Below are positions 1 to 9,043 of a stretch of DNA of 32,000 nt, piece by piece (position 1 is the first letter of the stretch; the number at the start of each line of letters is the position of its first letter). The notes under the pieces were generated by a model that worked only from the letters and a program-made list of their open reading frames with translations, made no database searches and had not been told where the DNA came from. The translations under genes and the position numbers were made by a program. Origin of the DNA: Haloarcula limicola (GTDB lineage: Archaea > Halobacteriota > Halobacteria > Halobacteriales > Haloarculaceae); assembly GCF_010119205.1 (NCBI RefSeq), contig NZ_WRXM01000002.1, positions 22,982 to 54,981 on the forward strand, given 5' to 3'.

Positions 1-122
1 ACCTCCACGTACGTATCGTGGATTGGCATCGTATCAATAATCCATCCCGCGAGATGGTCCTTAGAGCCAGGGTACGGGATTGTCCCAGACTGGTTGCTCT
101 TCCGAGGAGTATATCCTCCCAC
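1..122 (-). CDS. N-terminal fragment of D12-class (Dam-like) N6-adenine DNA methyltransferase, running off the left edge
   Basis: Manual reverse-strand translation from a GTG at 122: VGGYTPRKSNQSGTIPYPGSKDHLAGWIIDTMPIHDTYVEV. It resembles the YPGGK..L..WI...P.H.TYVEPFGG region of MT-D12 enzymes. Not in the ORF track because it is partial. Confidence 0.65.
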   Translation of the reverse strand, partial: MGGYTPRKSNQSGTIPYPGSKDHLAGWIIDTMPIHDTYVE

Positions 123-133
123 TTCCTGTGTTG

Positions 134-350
134 GGTTGATTTCTCGCGGATAATAGATACGGGGGCTCTTCCAGTGCCACCTTCGCTCCGAAGGAAATCT
201 AAAGACTCCATCGCATCAAGCGTGTCCTGAACGGTCCGTTCGGAAGGTGGATCTGTTTCAATTATATTTTGGATCTCAGTTGCCCGAAATGACCGTCGGA
301 TCCATAAGTTGCAGTGTCGCAGACCAAATCTTATCGCGTTGAGTCGGCAC
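134..350 (-). pseudogene. Winged-helix protein interrupted by two apparent single-base indels
   Basis: Three-frame reading gives MPTQRDKIWSATLQLMDPTVIS | ATEIQNIIETDPPSERTVQDTLDAMESLDFLRSEGGTGRAP | RIYYPRE. Frames switch near the GGG at about 283-286 and the G5 run at 161-165. Confidence 0.5.
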
Positions 351-417
351 TAGCGTGAAGATATATTCGTATAAATTGAATTCTTTCGATTCAGCCTCAG
401 TCTTGATAGTGGCTCAC

Positions 418-1146
418 TCAGGGCGGCCCTCGAATTGGGCCTTGCCGTACGACTTCACCCTCTCGGAGACGTTGTCGTAACTCCGCCATCGACAGGGACA
501 TTCGTTGTGGGAGTGTCTGTTGACCGTCATTCCGATAGTGGCTTACGAAGAGTTCGTGACTCCCTGGTTGACGGAATATTGAGACACGTCGCCCATCGAG
601 ATCGAAGTCACCGTGGCAGAACCAGTCTTCATACCGGTCATAGGTTGGTATTCTGAGTTCCGTGTCTCCCAACCAAGGCGGTTGGTACTCAAACTCGCTC
701 CACGTGATTGGGGAACCAAGAGAAAGTTCGCCGTCAACAAGCGAGGCAACACCCAAGGATGGCCGAGATGACAGATGCTTACCCAGCAGTTCTTCTGTTT
801 TGCGTCGGTCCTCGACAGCATCAACGGTGAAAACCCAGAAGACTGCGTAGCCATGGCGAAGATGGTCGAGGGTTGCCCGCCGCCGCTCCTTATCCGACGC
901 TGGTGTCTCAACTTCCACGACAAATCGCTGGGGTATATCAGGCGGAGATTCGGACAACTGACAGCGGATATCACCAATCAACTCCCCCGTCTTTCGCTCC
1001 GTCTCGATTGATCCGACTACTGCTGCGTCGGAACGCAAAAGCTCCACGACAGCTGCTTTAATGGCCCAATGAAGGCGCGACTCGTTTTTCTGCTCCACTG
1101 AATAATCCAGCCGAAGATTCGGGTGAATGTCGAGCAAACCAGACAT
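418..1146 (-). CDS. Hypothetical protein, possibly PD-(D/E)XK-fold nuclease-like
   Basis: 242-aa ORF. IGDIRC...FVVEVETPASDKERRRATLDHLRHGYAVFWVF resembles an alpha-beta core of nuclease-like families; weak. Confidence 0.7.
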   Translation of the reverse strand: MSGLLDIHPNLRLDYSVEQKNESRLHWAIKAAVVELLRSDAAVVGSIETERKTGELIGDIRCQLSESPPDIPQRFVVEVETPASDKERRRATLDHLRHGYAVFWVFTVDAVEDRRKTEELLGKHLSSRPSLGVASLVDGELSLGSPITWSEFEYQPPWLGDTELRIPTYDRYEDWFCHGDFDLDGRRVSIFRQPGSHELFVSHYRNDGQQTLPQRMSLSMAELRQRLREGEVVRQGPIRGPP

Positions 1147-1274
1147 CTTCGGGGTGTTCCTCGGGCCACCACAAAACTAGACCGTCACAAAATATCAGAG
1201 TGTCACTTTTTGGGGAACCCTATCCCCACTTAGGCCAATCACATACTAGTGGCTCTGCCGCTGCGAAACACACG

Positions 1275-1601
1275 ATGGCTCCTGAAAAATCCGCTGAACG
1301 CGTGATGTTGGAAGTAGTTGCGTTTCACGATCCAATCGACTACCACCGGCTTCGTCGACTCGTAGGGGAGCGGATGAGCAAGTACTCAAGCGAACGCCAT
1401 CGCGAGGCCCTACAAAACCTCCAAAAACTCGATTTGGTTGAAAGGCCCGGGATGGCCCATGAATACATCCATATCTCAGAAGAGGGCTGGGAACATCTTG
1501 GAGGAGACATACCACGACACAAGCCAAACACGGCGACACAGAGCTCGCCCACTTGCGAGATCTGTGCGACCGACGAATCCGTCGAAGCGAGCTGGTCGTA
1601 A
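1275..1601 (+). CDS. Winged-helix DNA-binding protein
   Basis: HDPIDYHRLRRLVGERMSKYSSERHREALQNLQKLDLVERPGMAHEYIHISEEGWEHL is a typical wHTH pattern. Internal ATG (MAPEKS) preferred over the 1200 start. Confidence 0.65.
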   Translation: MAPEKSAERVMLEVVAFHDPIDYHRLRRLVGERMSKYSSERHREALQNLQKLDLVERPGMAHEYIHISEEGWEHLGGDIPRHKPNTATQSSPTCEICATDESVEASWS

Positions 1602-1663
1602 CGAGTGGGGCTGGTCCTAGGCTTTATCCTAGTCGCTTGAGCAGACTCCGGTACAGGTCAACG

Positions 1664-2029
1664 ATGAGTCTGCTCCAACGCTTCAAAAACACCGTTAAGC
1701 ACTCGAAACGCAGGTATTCGGCTAGTACTCCCTCAGTCCCCCCGTCTGTAGCCTACGACCTTTTATCGAACAAACGACGTCGGCATATTATCGTTTATTT
1801 GGTAGAGATGGAGGGGCCCATCACCGATGCTGGCGAAATCGCCGACTATCTCGCATCCATTGGAGATGATCGGAAATCTGCGTACATCTCAAATATACAA
1901 CAACAGCTCCCTCGGCTTTCAGAGGCGGGCGTCATTGACTATGATTCACGTCAAAAGACCGTTCGTCCACTGGCTCCTCTTGATGCAGTCTACTCCGCAC
2001 ACAGGGCCGTAGAACGTGCTCTGGATTAA
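1664..2029 (+). CDS. DUF7344-like haloarchaeal winged-helix protein
   Basis: SVAYDLLSNKRRRHIIVYLVEM...EIADYLASI...LPRLSEAGVIDYD pattern. Internal ATG (MSLLQRF) within ORF 1553..2029. Confidence 0.65.
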   Translation: MSLLQRFKNTVKHSKRRYSASTPSVPPSVAYDLLSNKRRRHIIVYLVEMEGPITDAGEIADYLASIGDDRKSAYISNIQQQLPRLSEAGVIDYDSRQKTVRPLAPLDAVYSAHRAVERALD

Positions 2030-2314
2030 CGCCTGTTGCTGGATTTGAGGTCTCGCCACCGAAAGTGCTTGCTCTTGCCGTTGTCAAACTCCACAAGATA
2101 GATCAAACTGTCTCGTTCATCACCGGTTTCCTGCCCGGCAACATCCCGGTCAATATCGACCACTCGTCCTTCGCGACTATGGACCAGTTCATAGTCTGGA
2201 TCGGTGATGAACTGCCCTCTGATACTACTTGAGCCACGCCACGGCTGCTCTAGTTACGCTACCGATCACAGACCACTTACAAAGGGTGACTACGATGATA
2301 CTATGAAGACTAGG

Positions 2315-5300
2315 CTACCGGTCGTCGTAGTCTCGTGCGTCGCAGTCCCAGCGGAAATCGCACTCGTCGCACGTTGCCTTGTCGGGGAGGTCGTCTTCGT
2401 CCCAGTCGTCCAGGTCGTCCCAGTCGTTGTGTTCGCGGACGTGCTCGAGTTCGGTTACCGTGTTCTCGAACCGGGACATCGCCGCTCGGATCTCACTCTC
2501 GGTGAAGTCTAATTCGAGTCGGGTGGCTTCCGGATCTTCCTCGCCGAGGAAGTACAGCACTGCACTGTCTGGGTACTCGTCTTCCTTCTCGGCGTAGAGC
2601 CCTGCGTAGACGAGCAGTTGTTCGCGGTAGTCCTGGAGGTACCCCCCTCCAGAATTCGGTCGCTGGCTCGCCTTGTAGTCGCAGAGCTTCGTGTGGCCTG
2701 CTTCGTCTGCGATCACGTCGGCGACTCCGGTGAGGATGAAGCTGCCAGCGTTACGCCGGAGTTTGCACTCGGTGTTGATGACCTGGGGGTACAGGTCCGG
2801 TCCGATTTGGGCGTTGAACCGCTTGACGTGTTGGAACACAGCGTTGACCGCGTCCTGCCCCATCGGCATGATCCGCTGGTCCCGGAGCGACTCTACGACA
2901 CTATCGAACTCGTCACGCAGTTTGCCCTCGTCGGGGGTTGTACCTTCGGCTACGCCGTCAACATCACCGTTGTAGTAGCGGTGTGCCCAGTCAAGTGTCT
3001 GGTGGACGGCTAGCCCAGCGAACAGCTGGGTCCCGCTCCCGGCGGCGAACTCGTGCTCGGTGTGGTACCCGTACTGTCGCTTGCACCGTCGGAACGAGAG
3101 CACGTCAGCGACGATCGAGTAGGTCCGACGGGTGTCGTCGGTGGAAGGCGGGCCGACCGTAGTTCCGTCGGGGGCGAGTTCGGCTTCCTGGTCCAGCCGC
3201 TGGTCTGCGTCGAACCAGTCGACACCGACTGGACCGCTGGCGTCAGCGCCGAGCGAAGGGAGCACCGTACTCCCGTCGGCCCCCCGGAGGTAGTAGTCAG
3301 TTCCCAGAAGCACAAGGTTGTCCTCTGCGCGCGAGTGCGCGACGTAGAACTGCCGGACTTGGTCCCGCTCGGCACGTGTGGGAACGTCCGTCGGTGGGGT
3401 ACAGTCGGTGTAGTCGCTGAGCAGGTCCGCTACTCGGGGGACCACCTCTCCGTCGTCTGTAACGTCGTAGTTCTTCTCTGCGGTCCGTTCCAAGCTCGCG
3501 AGGAAGACCACCGGAAACTCTAGGCCCTTGGCTTGATGGACCGTCATCACCTGGACGTGCCCGCTCGGGAAGGTGTCGTACTGGTCCTCCGGGTCGTCGA
3601 GACCTTTGCTCTGGAGGTACTGACCGAACGTCCAGTAGAAGTCGCTCAGAAACCGCACCGAGACGGTGTCGTACTCGTCGTGAGATGTGCGGGTGAGCTT
3701 TCGGTTCTCGGTCACGCCCTCCGCGATGCCCTCGAATGCCTCGAGAAGCTGGCTGAGCTTCCCCAGCCGCTTGGCGCGGTTGACGTGGCCGTCGTCTTTC
3801 GTCCACGTCGAGAACGGCTCGAAGGACCTGATCCGGTTGTAGAGGTCGACGGCGGAGACGTCGGCTACGCTGCCAGAGGGAGCACTTCGAATCCGGGCGG
3901 CTGTGACTTCGAGGTAGTTCGCGAGGTCCTTCGCGTCGTGTCGTTCAATCACGTCGTCCAGAGTGGTGAGCCACTCTTGGAAGTCATCCCCGAGCCCACC
4001 GTAGGGAAGCACGTTGTCTTCCGCCCACTGAAGGTCCGGGTCGAAACACACTGCTAGCGCTGCTAACATCGCCTGAACCTCCTCGTGCTGGACGAATCCC
4101 TTGTTCCGCGGGTTGTGTACCGGGATGTCGCGCGCCTCCAATGCGTTGACGCACTCCCCGACGAACGTCGTGTTGTCCCACTGCGGCCAGTATTCACGAG
4201 TACTGTGGGCTAGCAGTGCCACCTGGTTGAGGTCCTGCACGTAGCCTTCAGCGTGAAGTCGTTGGACTTGGTCAGCGAAGGCTGCCGCGGCCTGCGCTTT
4301 GTTGTCCTCCTTCAGGAGGTGGACGCTTGGGTGGTCGACGGCGTCACGTGCCGCGTTTAGTGGCTCCTTGCCCGGTGCACGGGCCCCAGTGACCTGCATC
4401 GTCGGGTAATAGCCGATGTGGCGGTTGACCCACTCGACGATCTCCGGACGGGAACGGTAGTTCCAGCGCAGTTGTTGCGTCTCGATTTCGTCTTGGTCGA
4501 TACCAAGGTAATCGGACAGACGTTCGGGAAACTCAATCAGACAGTCGACGGTCCCACCGCGGAACCGGTAGAGCGCCTGGTCGTCGTCCCCTACCACTAC
4601 TAACGTCGGGACCTGGTCCGGCATCAGCTCGGCGAGTCGGAAGTAGATCGCCTGCTGGAGGGGGTTCACGTCTTGGTACTCGTCAACAGCGATCCGCTGC
4701 AACGGTGGCTCCTCGCGTTCTGAGTCCCCTTGTGCGAACCGCTGGCCAGCCTCTGTGTCGAGAAACGCCAGGAACCGCTCCTGAAGTCGCGCGAAGTCAC
4801 ACCGCGACTCGTCCCGCAGTGTTGCTAGGTAGTCCCGGTACCCCTCGGCTAGCCGCCTGTACTCGAGTCGGTCGGACTCGGCGAGTGCTTCGACGTCGAC
4901 TCGCAGTTGCGAAAGTCGGTTGAACAACCGTTTCGCGGTGGTGGCCGCAGCCCCCTTCGAGCAGGTGCCGTCGTCGTTCATCCGGGGAACGACGTCTCGG
5001 AACGTGGCGACGTCACCGTCGGCGAGCACGTCGACGTACTCGCTGTGGCGGGCGATGAACATCTCCTGGGCGTCCTCGTCCAAGAGGTCGACGTTGCGGT
5101 AGTCGTCGAACCGGTAGTCGCGCATGATCTCGCCCCAAAGCTGGTGGCCAGTGCCCACGTGTAACTCGTCGACGGAGAACACGTCGTCGTAGCCGAGGGC
5201 GGCGAGATCGCGTTCCAGACGCTGCTCGAGGTTCTCGGCGGCCTTCTCAGTGAAGGTGGTGAGGATGATCCCACCGGGCGGGATGCCGTCCACTAGCAAC

Positions 5301-5545
5301 CACTTCAGGACCGTCACCTCGGTCACGGTACTCTTACCTGCGCCCGGTCCTGCCGTCAGGTGCAGTGGCCCTGTTTCGTGCCGGATGGCGGTTTCTTGGT
5401 CGTCGTCGAACGACCAGTTTGGGTCGTCGTTCTGGACCTGTCGCACCGCCCGCATGACCTCAAGGAACTCGTCGAGTTCGAGGTCATCCGGCGACGTTTC
5501 GGGTCCAGGTGTCGGGTGTTCGTCTGTCACGGTTGTGTGCCCCAA
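2315..5545 (-). CDS. UvrD/Rep-family SF1 helicase fused to C-terminal PD-(D/E)XK nuclease with Fe-S-type cysteines
   Basis: Walker A AGPGAGKS; DEYQD motif II; VVVGDDDQALYRFRGG; VMTVHQAKGLEFPVVF; C-terminal SFRRCKRQYGYH, LCDYKAS, QLLVYAGLY, CDECDFRWDCDARD. Confidence 0.93.
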   Translation of the reverse strand: MGHTTVTDEHPTPGPETSPDDLELDEFLEVMRAVRQVQNDDPNWSFDDDQETAIRHETGPLHLTAGPGAGKSTVTEVTVLKWLLVDGIPPGGIILTTFTEKAAENLEQRLERDLAALGYDDVFSVDELHVGTGHQLWGEIMRDYRFDDYRNVDLLDEDAQEMFIARHSEYVDVLADGDVATFRDVVPRMNDDGTCSKGAAATTAKRLFNRLSQLRVDVEALAESDRLEYRRLAEGYRDYLATLRDESRCDFARLQERFLAFLDTEAGQRFAQGDSEREEPPLQRIAVDEYQDVNPLQQAIYFRLAELMPDQVPTLVVVGDDDQALYRFRGGTVDCLIEFPERLSDYLGIDQDEIETQQLRWNYRSRPEIVEWVNRHIGYYPTMQVTGARAPGKEPLNAARDAVDHPSVHLLKEDNKAQAAAAFADQVQRLHAEGYVQDLNQVALLAHSTREYWPQWDNTTFVGECVNALEARDIPVHNPRNKGFVQHEEVQAMLAALAVCFDPDLQWAEDNVLPYGGLGDDFQEWLTTLDDVIERHDAKDLANYLEVTAARIRSAPSGSVADVSAVDLYNRIRSFEPFSTWTKDDGHVNRAKRLGKLSQLLEAFEGIAEGVTENRKLTRTSHDEYDTVSVRFLSDFYWTFGQYLQSKGLDDPEDQYDTFPSGHVQVMTVHQAKGLEFPVVFLASLERTAEKNYDVTDDGEVVPRVADLLSDYTDCTPPTDVPTRAERDQVRQFYVAHSRAEDNLVLLGTDYYLRGADGSTVLPSLGADASGPVGVDWFDADQRLDQEAELAPDGTTVGPPSTDDTRRTYSIVADVLSFRRCKRQYGYHTEHEFAAGSGTQLFAGLAVHQTLDWAHRYYNGDVDGVAEGTTPDEGKLRDEFDSVVESLRDQRIMPMGQDAVNAVFQHVKRFNAQIGPDLYPQVINTECKLRRNAGSFILTGVADVIADEAGHTKLCDYKASQRPNSGGGYLQDYREQLLVYAGLYAEKEDEYPDSAVLYFLGEEDPEATRLELDFTESEIRAAMSRFENTVTELEHVREHNDWDDLDDWDEDDLPDKATCDECDFRWDCDARDYDDR

Positions 5546-5629
5546 AAGGGCGATGCCCGCCGCCCGAGTCGAACGGGACGTGCTCCGAACGGGCCGAAGT
5601 TGTCGCTCAGTGATGTGAATTTGCCGCCG

Positions 5630-6010
5630 CTACAGCGGCGGATCAATGAGCATCCAGTCGTTGGCCTTGCACTCCGTACAGGTCGCTGTCCCGTCCGCGC
5701 CGGGTTCCTTCATGCCGCACTTTCGACACTCAAGTGTCGGCGATGCGTCGGTGAACAGAACAGTTTCTCCGCGTGCGTACACGACCGTCGCGACGTGCGA
5801 GTGCTGGCGGAGGAGAACGAGCGGGATGCCGGATTCCTGCGTTAGGCGAGCCTCCGTGTAGTTCTTGCCCTCGATTTCCACGCGGAGGCCGGTAGCGAAC
5901 CGGTAGGAGAGGTCAGCAGCCGTGACCATCGGAGAATCCGACCGCTGGATGTAGCGCTGGAGGGCGTGGGACGAGACCTCCGGCGTTGAGCCGCTGGTGT
6001 TGATGCTCAT
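5630..6010 (-). CDS. Small hypothetical protein with C-terminal zinc ribbon
   Basis: 126-aa ORF; CRKCG...CTECK four-cysteine motif; N-terminal SSHALQRYIQR. Confidence 0.7.
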   Translation of the reverse strand: MSINTSGSTPEVSSHALQRYIQRSDSPMVTAADLSYRFATGLRVEIEGKNYTEARLTQESGIPLVLLRQHSHVATVVYARGETVLFTDASPTLECRKCGMKEPGADGTATCTECKANDWMLIDPPL

Positions 6011-6133
6011 CGGCCCATCACCTCGACTTGCTGTGCCAAGGTCCGTCCGAGAGCGAGCGTTACTACTAAGTCTCTGTAGGGGTAACCCTTCATTGCGATC
6101 ACTTGATTAGGCCGCTCCAACGGCCATTTTCAC

Positions 6134-6157
6134 CGCGTGGGTGTTGGCGCACCCGCG
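6134..6157. repeat. Imperfect inverted repeat / hairpin CGCGTGGGTG-TTGGCG-CACCCGCG
   Basis: Arms complementary apart from one bulged T, in a noncoding stretch. Confidence 0.5.
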
Positions 6158-6500
6158 TGACAACGCACATTCAGGCCGGGCCTCGGTCACTGCCGACCGG
6201 TCGCGATGGTCCGGAACGCCTTATTGCGTGCCACAAGCTACTGTTAGGGCGAGCCTTATTAAAGTTATTGGTTGTGGACTCTCTTTCCAGGTTACACAGG
6301 CGTCAATAGGTGATCAGACGCTTTGGTGCCGCCATTCTCGACCACGATGCTGGCCGGAGGGTATCACCGTGCAGAGGGAAGGAGATCCTGAACTGATCTG
6401 ATCCGCGCTACTGTAGGCTATTAGATATCGGGACCGACCACAGGCCCGGCTAGATGGCGCTAGTAGGGTCTTGACAGAGGCAACTAGTACTGTCGCACGC

Positions 6501-6510
6501 TATTTTTATA
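6501..6510 (+). promoter_or_regulatory. Candidate archaeal TATA element upstream of the GHKL ATPase gene
   Basis: tatttttata, AT-rich box about 90 nt upstream of the ATG at 6599. Confidence 0.4.
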
Positions 6511-6598
6511 TGTGGTGGCGCTATAGGTTCCAATAACGAATCGTCGAAGCACGTTATCGTCTCTAACAAGAGGCGATTGTGATCAAACTCCACCCAAC

Positions 6599-8950
6599 AT
6601 GAGTGAATCATCGGACCGAGCTGGACTCCCGAAATCAGTTGAGTATCAACCCCTCCCCAATATCTACCGTGCGTTCGCCGCAGGGGCCTCTCCATACGCG
6701 ATAGTATCCGAGACAATTGACAATTCGATCGACTTCGTCCGTCGACAGGCGTTAGATGGAGCTAAGTACCCAGATACGTTAAAAGTAGAAGTCCGATACG
6801 AACCCCCTTCTACTACCGAATCCGATGCGGAAAACTCGGCTGTTGATGATCAGAGTCCCGAGCGATTGATAATTGTTGATAATGCCGGCGGTGTTCCGCC
6901 GAACGAACTGGCCCGATTCTTTCAGTTAGGCCACACGGATGCTCCACCTGAGGGAATTGGGCGCTTCGGTGTCGGAGCGAAACGACTCATCGGTATTGGA
7001 GACCGTATCAAATACGAGTCACATGCGAATGGATACGAAGTTGCTGCGGGTTTCGAAGTGGATGCTCGAGATCTCAAAGCCACCGAAAATAACAAACTCG
7101 CCGACGACGATGTCTACCAATCGGATGTTTATCGAGTTGATGATTTAGAGGAAGGCCATACAAGAATCATCGTTGAAGATCTGAATGAAAACGTCTGGTC
7201 AAACCTGCTTGGACGAGACAGAGATGAGATTGACGAGAGGGCTAGCGATTCTCTCTGGCGACTTGGTGAGACATACGAGCACTTCCTTCGAAACGGAATT
7301 CACATCGCTGCTCCATCAAGTGAAACTGAAGGTTCTATCGAGTTCGAACTCAGTTGGTCTGGTCCTGAACACGGGGAACAAGTAGATGTCCCCAATCCAG
7401 TCCAACTTAGTTGGCTACCGCTCGATGGACTTCATCCGAGACGGTATGAGCGACTTCCCTTCGCGAATACTACCGAAATCGAATTAGAGGACGCTCTTCG
7501 GGCCGACATCACGGTGGCCTTAATGCCCTCGTCAAAGCCCAAAGATGCTGGGCTAACGGTAACGATGAATAACCGGAACGTACTGTTCCGAGACACCGAT
7601 AACGATTTGTTCTCTACTCGGTACCTTGGCAAATTCCGCGAATCACAAGGTCACGGTCGGCTGCATTGCGTCATCGAATTATATGGCCCGGCAGAGGATA
7701 TGCCTTGGTCTGATACGAAGGATGGCCTCGATGGAACTCAAGAGATAACCGATCATCTTCTTAATGTCACAGAAAATGCCCTTAGCGAATATCGACGTCA
7801 GACTTACGAAAATCTCCCAAAATGGATCTTAGCTGCCTACTCCGGCGAGGATATACAGACGTTTGACAACCACATTCGTGACGAGATCTCCGAAACCGTT
7901 GAAACAATCGACAAATCGAATTCAAAAGTCAATAGCCCTCGCTTCAATGAGAAACCCGGAAGTACCGCAACTGGCAAGTACTATCGGTTGTATCCCGAAC
8001 GAGATGGTCTCATCAAGCGCGTTCGGTTACACTCGGAACTCCGAATTCGAGCAGACGATTCAGTAGCGATTAAAGGACTACCTGCTTACCGGCGTTACTT
8101 CGAGACGGAATACGATCACGAGAGCATCACAGAGCTCTCTCCCAAAGAATGCCCTGACCCTGAGGACTTTGAGGTGCCAGTTTTCGCAGATAGTCCGAAC
8201 ACAATCCCGTTGATTGAGGACATCAAGAAACTCGCAGAGACTCACGCCGCCGAAGAGAGAGCAATTACAAATGAGACCGACGGAGTGCCTGCTTGGCTCT
8301 TGCCAAGGTACCAAGAGGAGTTCAAGCAGCACGGTACCACCCTTGAGTCAGCGACCACCATCGGCGAATTCGATTTCGACTCTTGGCGTGCCAAGCACTC
8401 TACATCAGAGGACGTGCGTCGAGGACCAGAGTTCTCTGAACCCGAATCAGAACCGAGCCCTGACCAGCCCGACTCTCCTGATAAACGCCCAACACGTAGT
8501 TCCCCAGCCGACCGGTTAATCGAATCATCAAGTGAAACGACAGGACGTTCATCATCCGGGAACCATGGGGGTAGTTCCAGTACAACTGAGACGTCGAAAG
8601 GTCAATCGTCTGAGGATAGTACGGACCTCTCCAACTTCCAGAGGAGTTCCGTTGTGTCTGACTCCGGGACTGAAGAAGCCAGTATCCCTGAGCGAGAAGT
8701 ACCATCTCCAGATTTTGATTCACAGCAACTTGAAGAACTTCGTAGTGTGTTGGAATTAGACGACGACGCATCCATGGCCACTGTTGTAGACACTGTACGG
8801 GAGCTACAGAGTGAACGTCAGAGGATACAGAATGAACGGAAGCAGCTCATTAACTACCTTGAGCAGCTCAGTGATGTTGTCAATTTTGAAATGATTTTTG
8901 ACGAACCCCCAGATCTTGAAGCGCTGAAAGAAGACAAAAACGAGCCTTGA
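6599..8950 (+). CDS. MORC/MutL/Hsp90-type GHKL ATPase with C-terminal coiled coil
   Basis: Bergerat-fold motifs: IVSETIDNSIDF, LIIVDNAGGVPP, GIGRFGVGAKRLIGIG. Ser/Pro/Glu-rich linker, then predicted coiled coil (LQSERQRIQNERKQLINYLEQLSD). Confidence 0.88.
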   Translation: MSESSDRAGLPKSVEYQPLPNIYRAFAAGASPYAIVSETIDNSIDFVRRQALDGAKYPDTLKVEVRYEPPSTTESDAENSAVDDQSPERLIIVDNAGGVPPNELARFFQLGHTDAPPEGIGRFGVGAKRLIGIGDRIKYESHANGYEVAAGFEVDARDLKATENNKLADDDVYQSDVYRVDDLEEGHTRIIVEDLNENVWSNLLGRDRDEIDERASDSLWRLGETYEHFLRNGIHIAAPSSETEGSIEFELSWSGPEHGEQVDVPNPVQLSWLPLDGLHPRRYERLPFANTTEIELEDALRADITVALMPSSKPKDAGLTVTMNNRNVLFRDTDNDLFSTRYLGKFRESQGHGRLHCVIELYGPAEDMPWSDTKDGLDGTQEITDHLLNVTENALSEYRRQTYENLPKWILAAYSGEDIQTFDNHIRDEISETVETIDKSNSKVNSPRFNEKPGSTATGKYYRLYPERDGLIKRVRLHSELRIRADDSVAIKGLPAYRRYFETEYDHESITELSPKECPDPEDFEVPVFADSPNTIPLIEDIKKLAETHAAEERAITNETDGVPAWLLPRYQEEFKQHGTTLESATTIGEFDFDSWRAKHSTSEDVRRGPEFSEPESEPSPDQPDSPDKRPTRSSPADRLIESSSETTGRSSSGNHGGSSSTTETSKGQSSEDSTDLSNFQRSSVVSDSGTEEASIPEREVPSPDFDSQQLEELRSVLELDDDASMATVVDTVRELQSERQRIQNERKQLINYLEQLSDVVNFEMIFDEPPDLEALKEDKNEP

Positions 8951-9043
8951 CAGTATATGTATCAGAGTAATCGACTCGGAGAAACAGTTCCGCGATTAAT
9001 ATCCGCGATACATCCCCTGCAACCCACAGTATCTTCACCTCAG

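Noticed and set aside
3533-4057. 174-aa and neighbouring ORFs opposite the helicase
   Set aside because: Antisense shadows of a strong helicase-nuclease gene.
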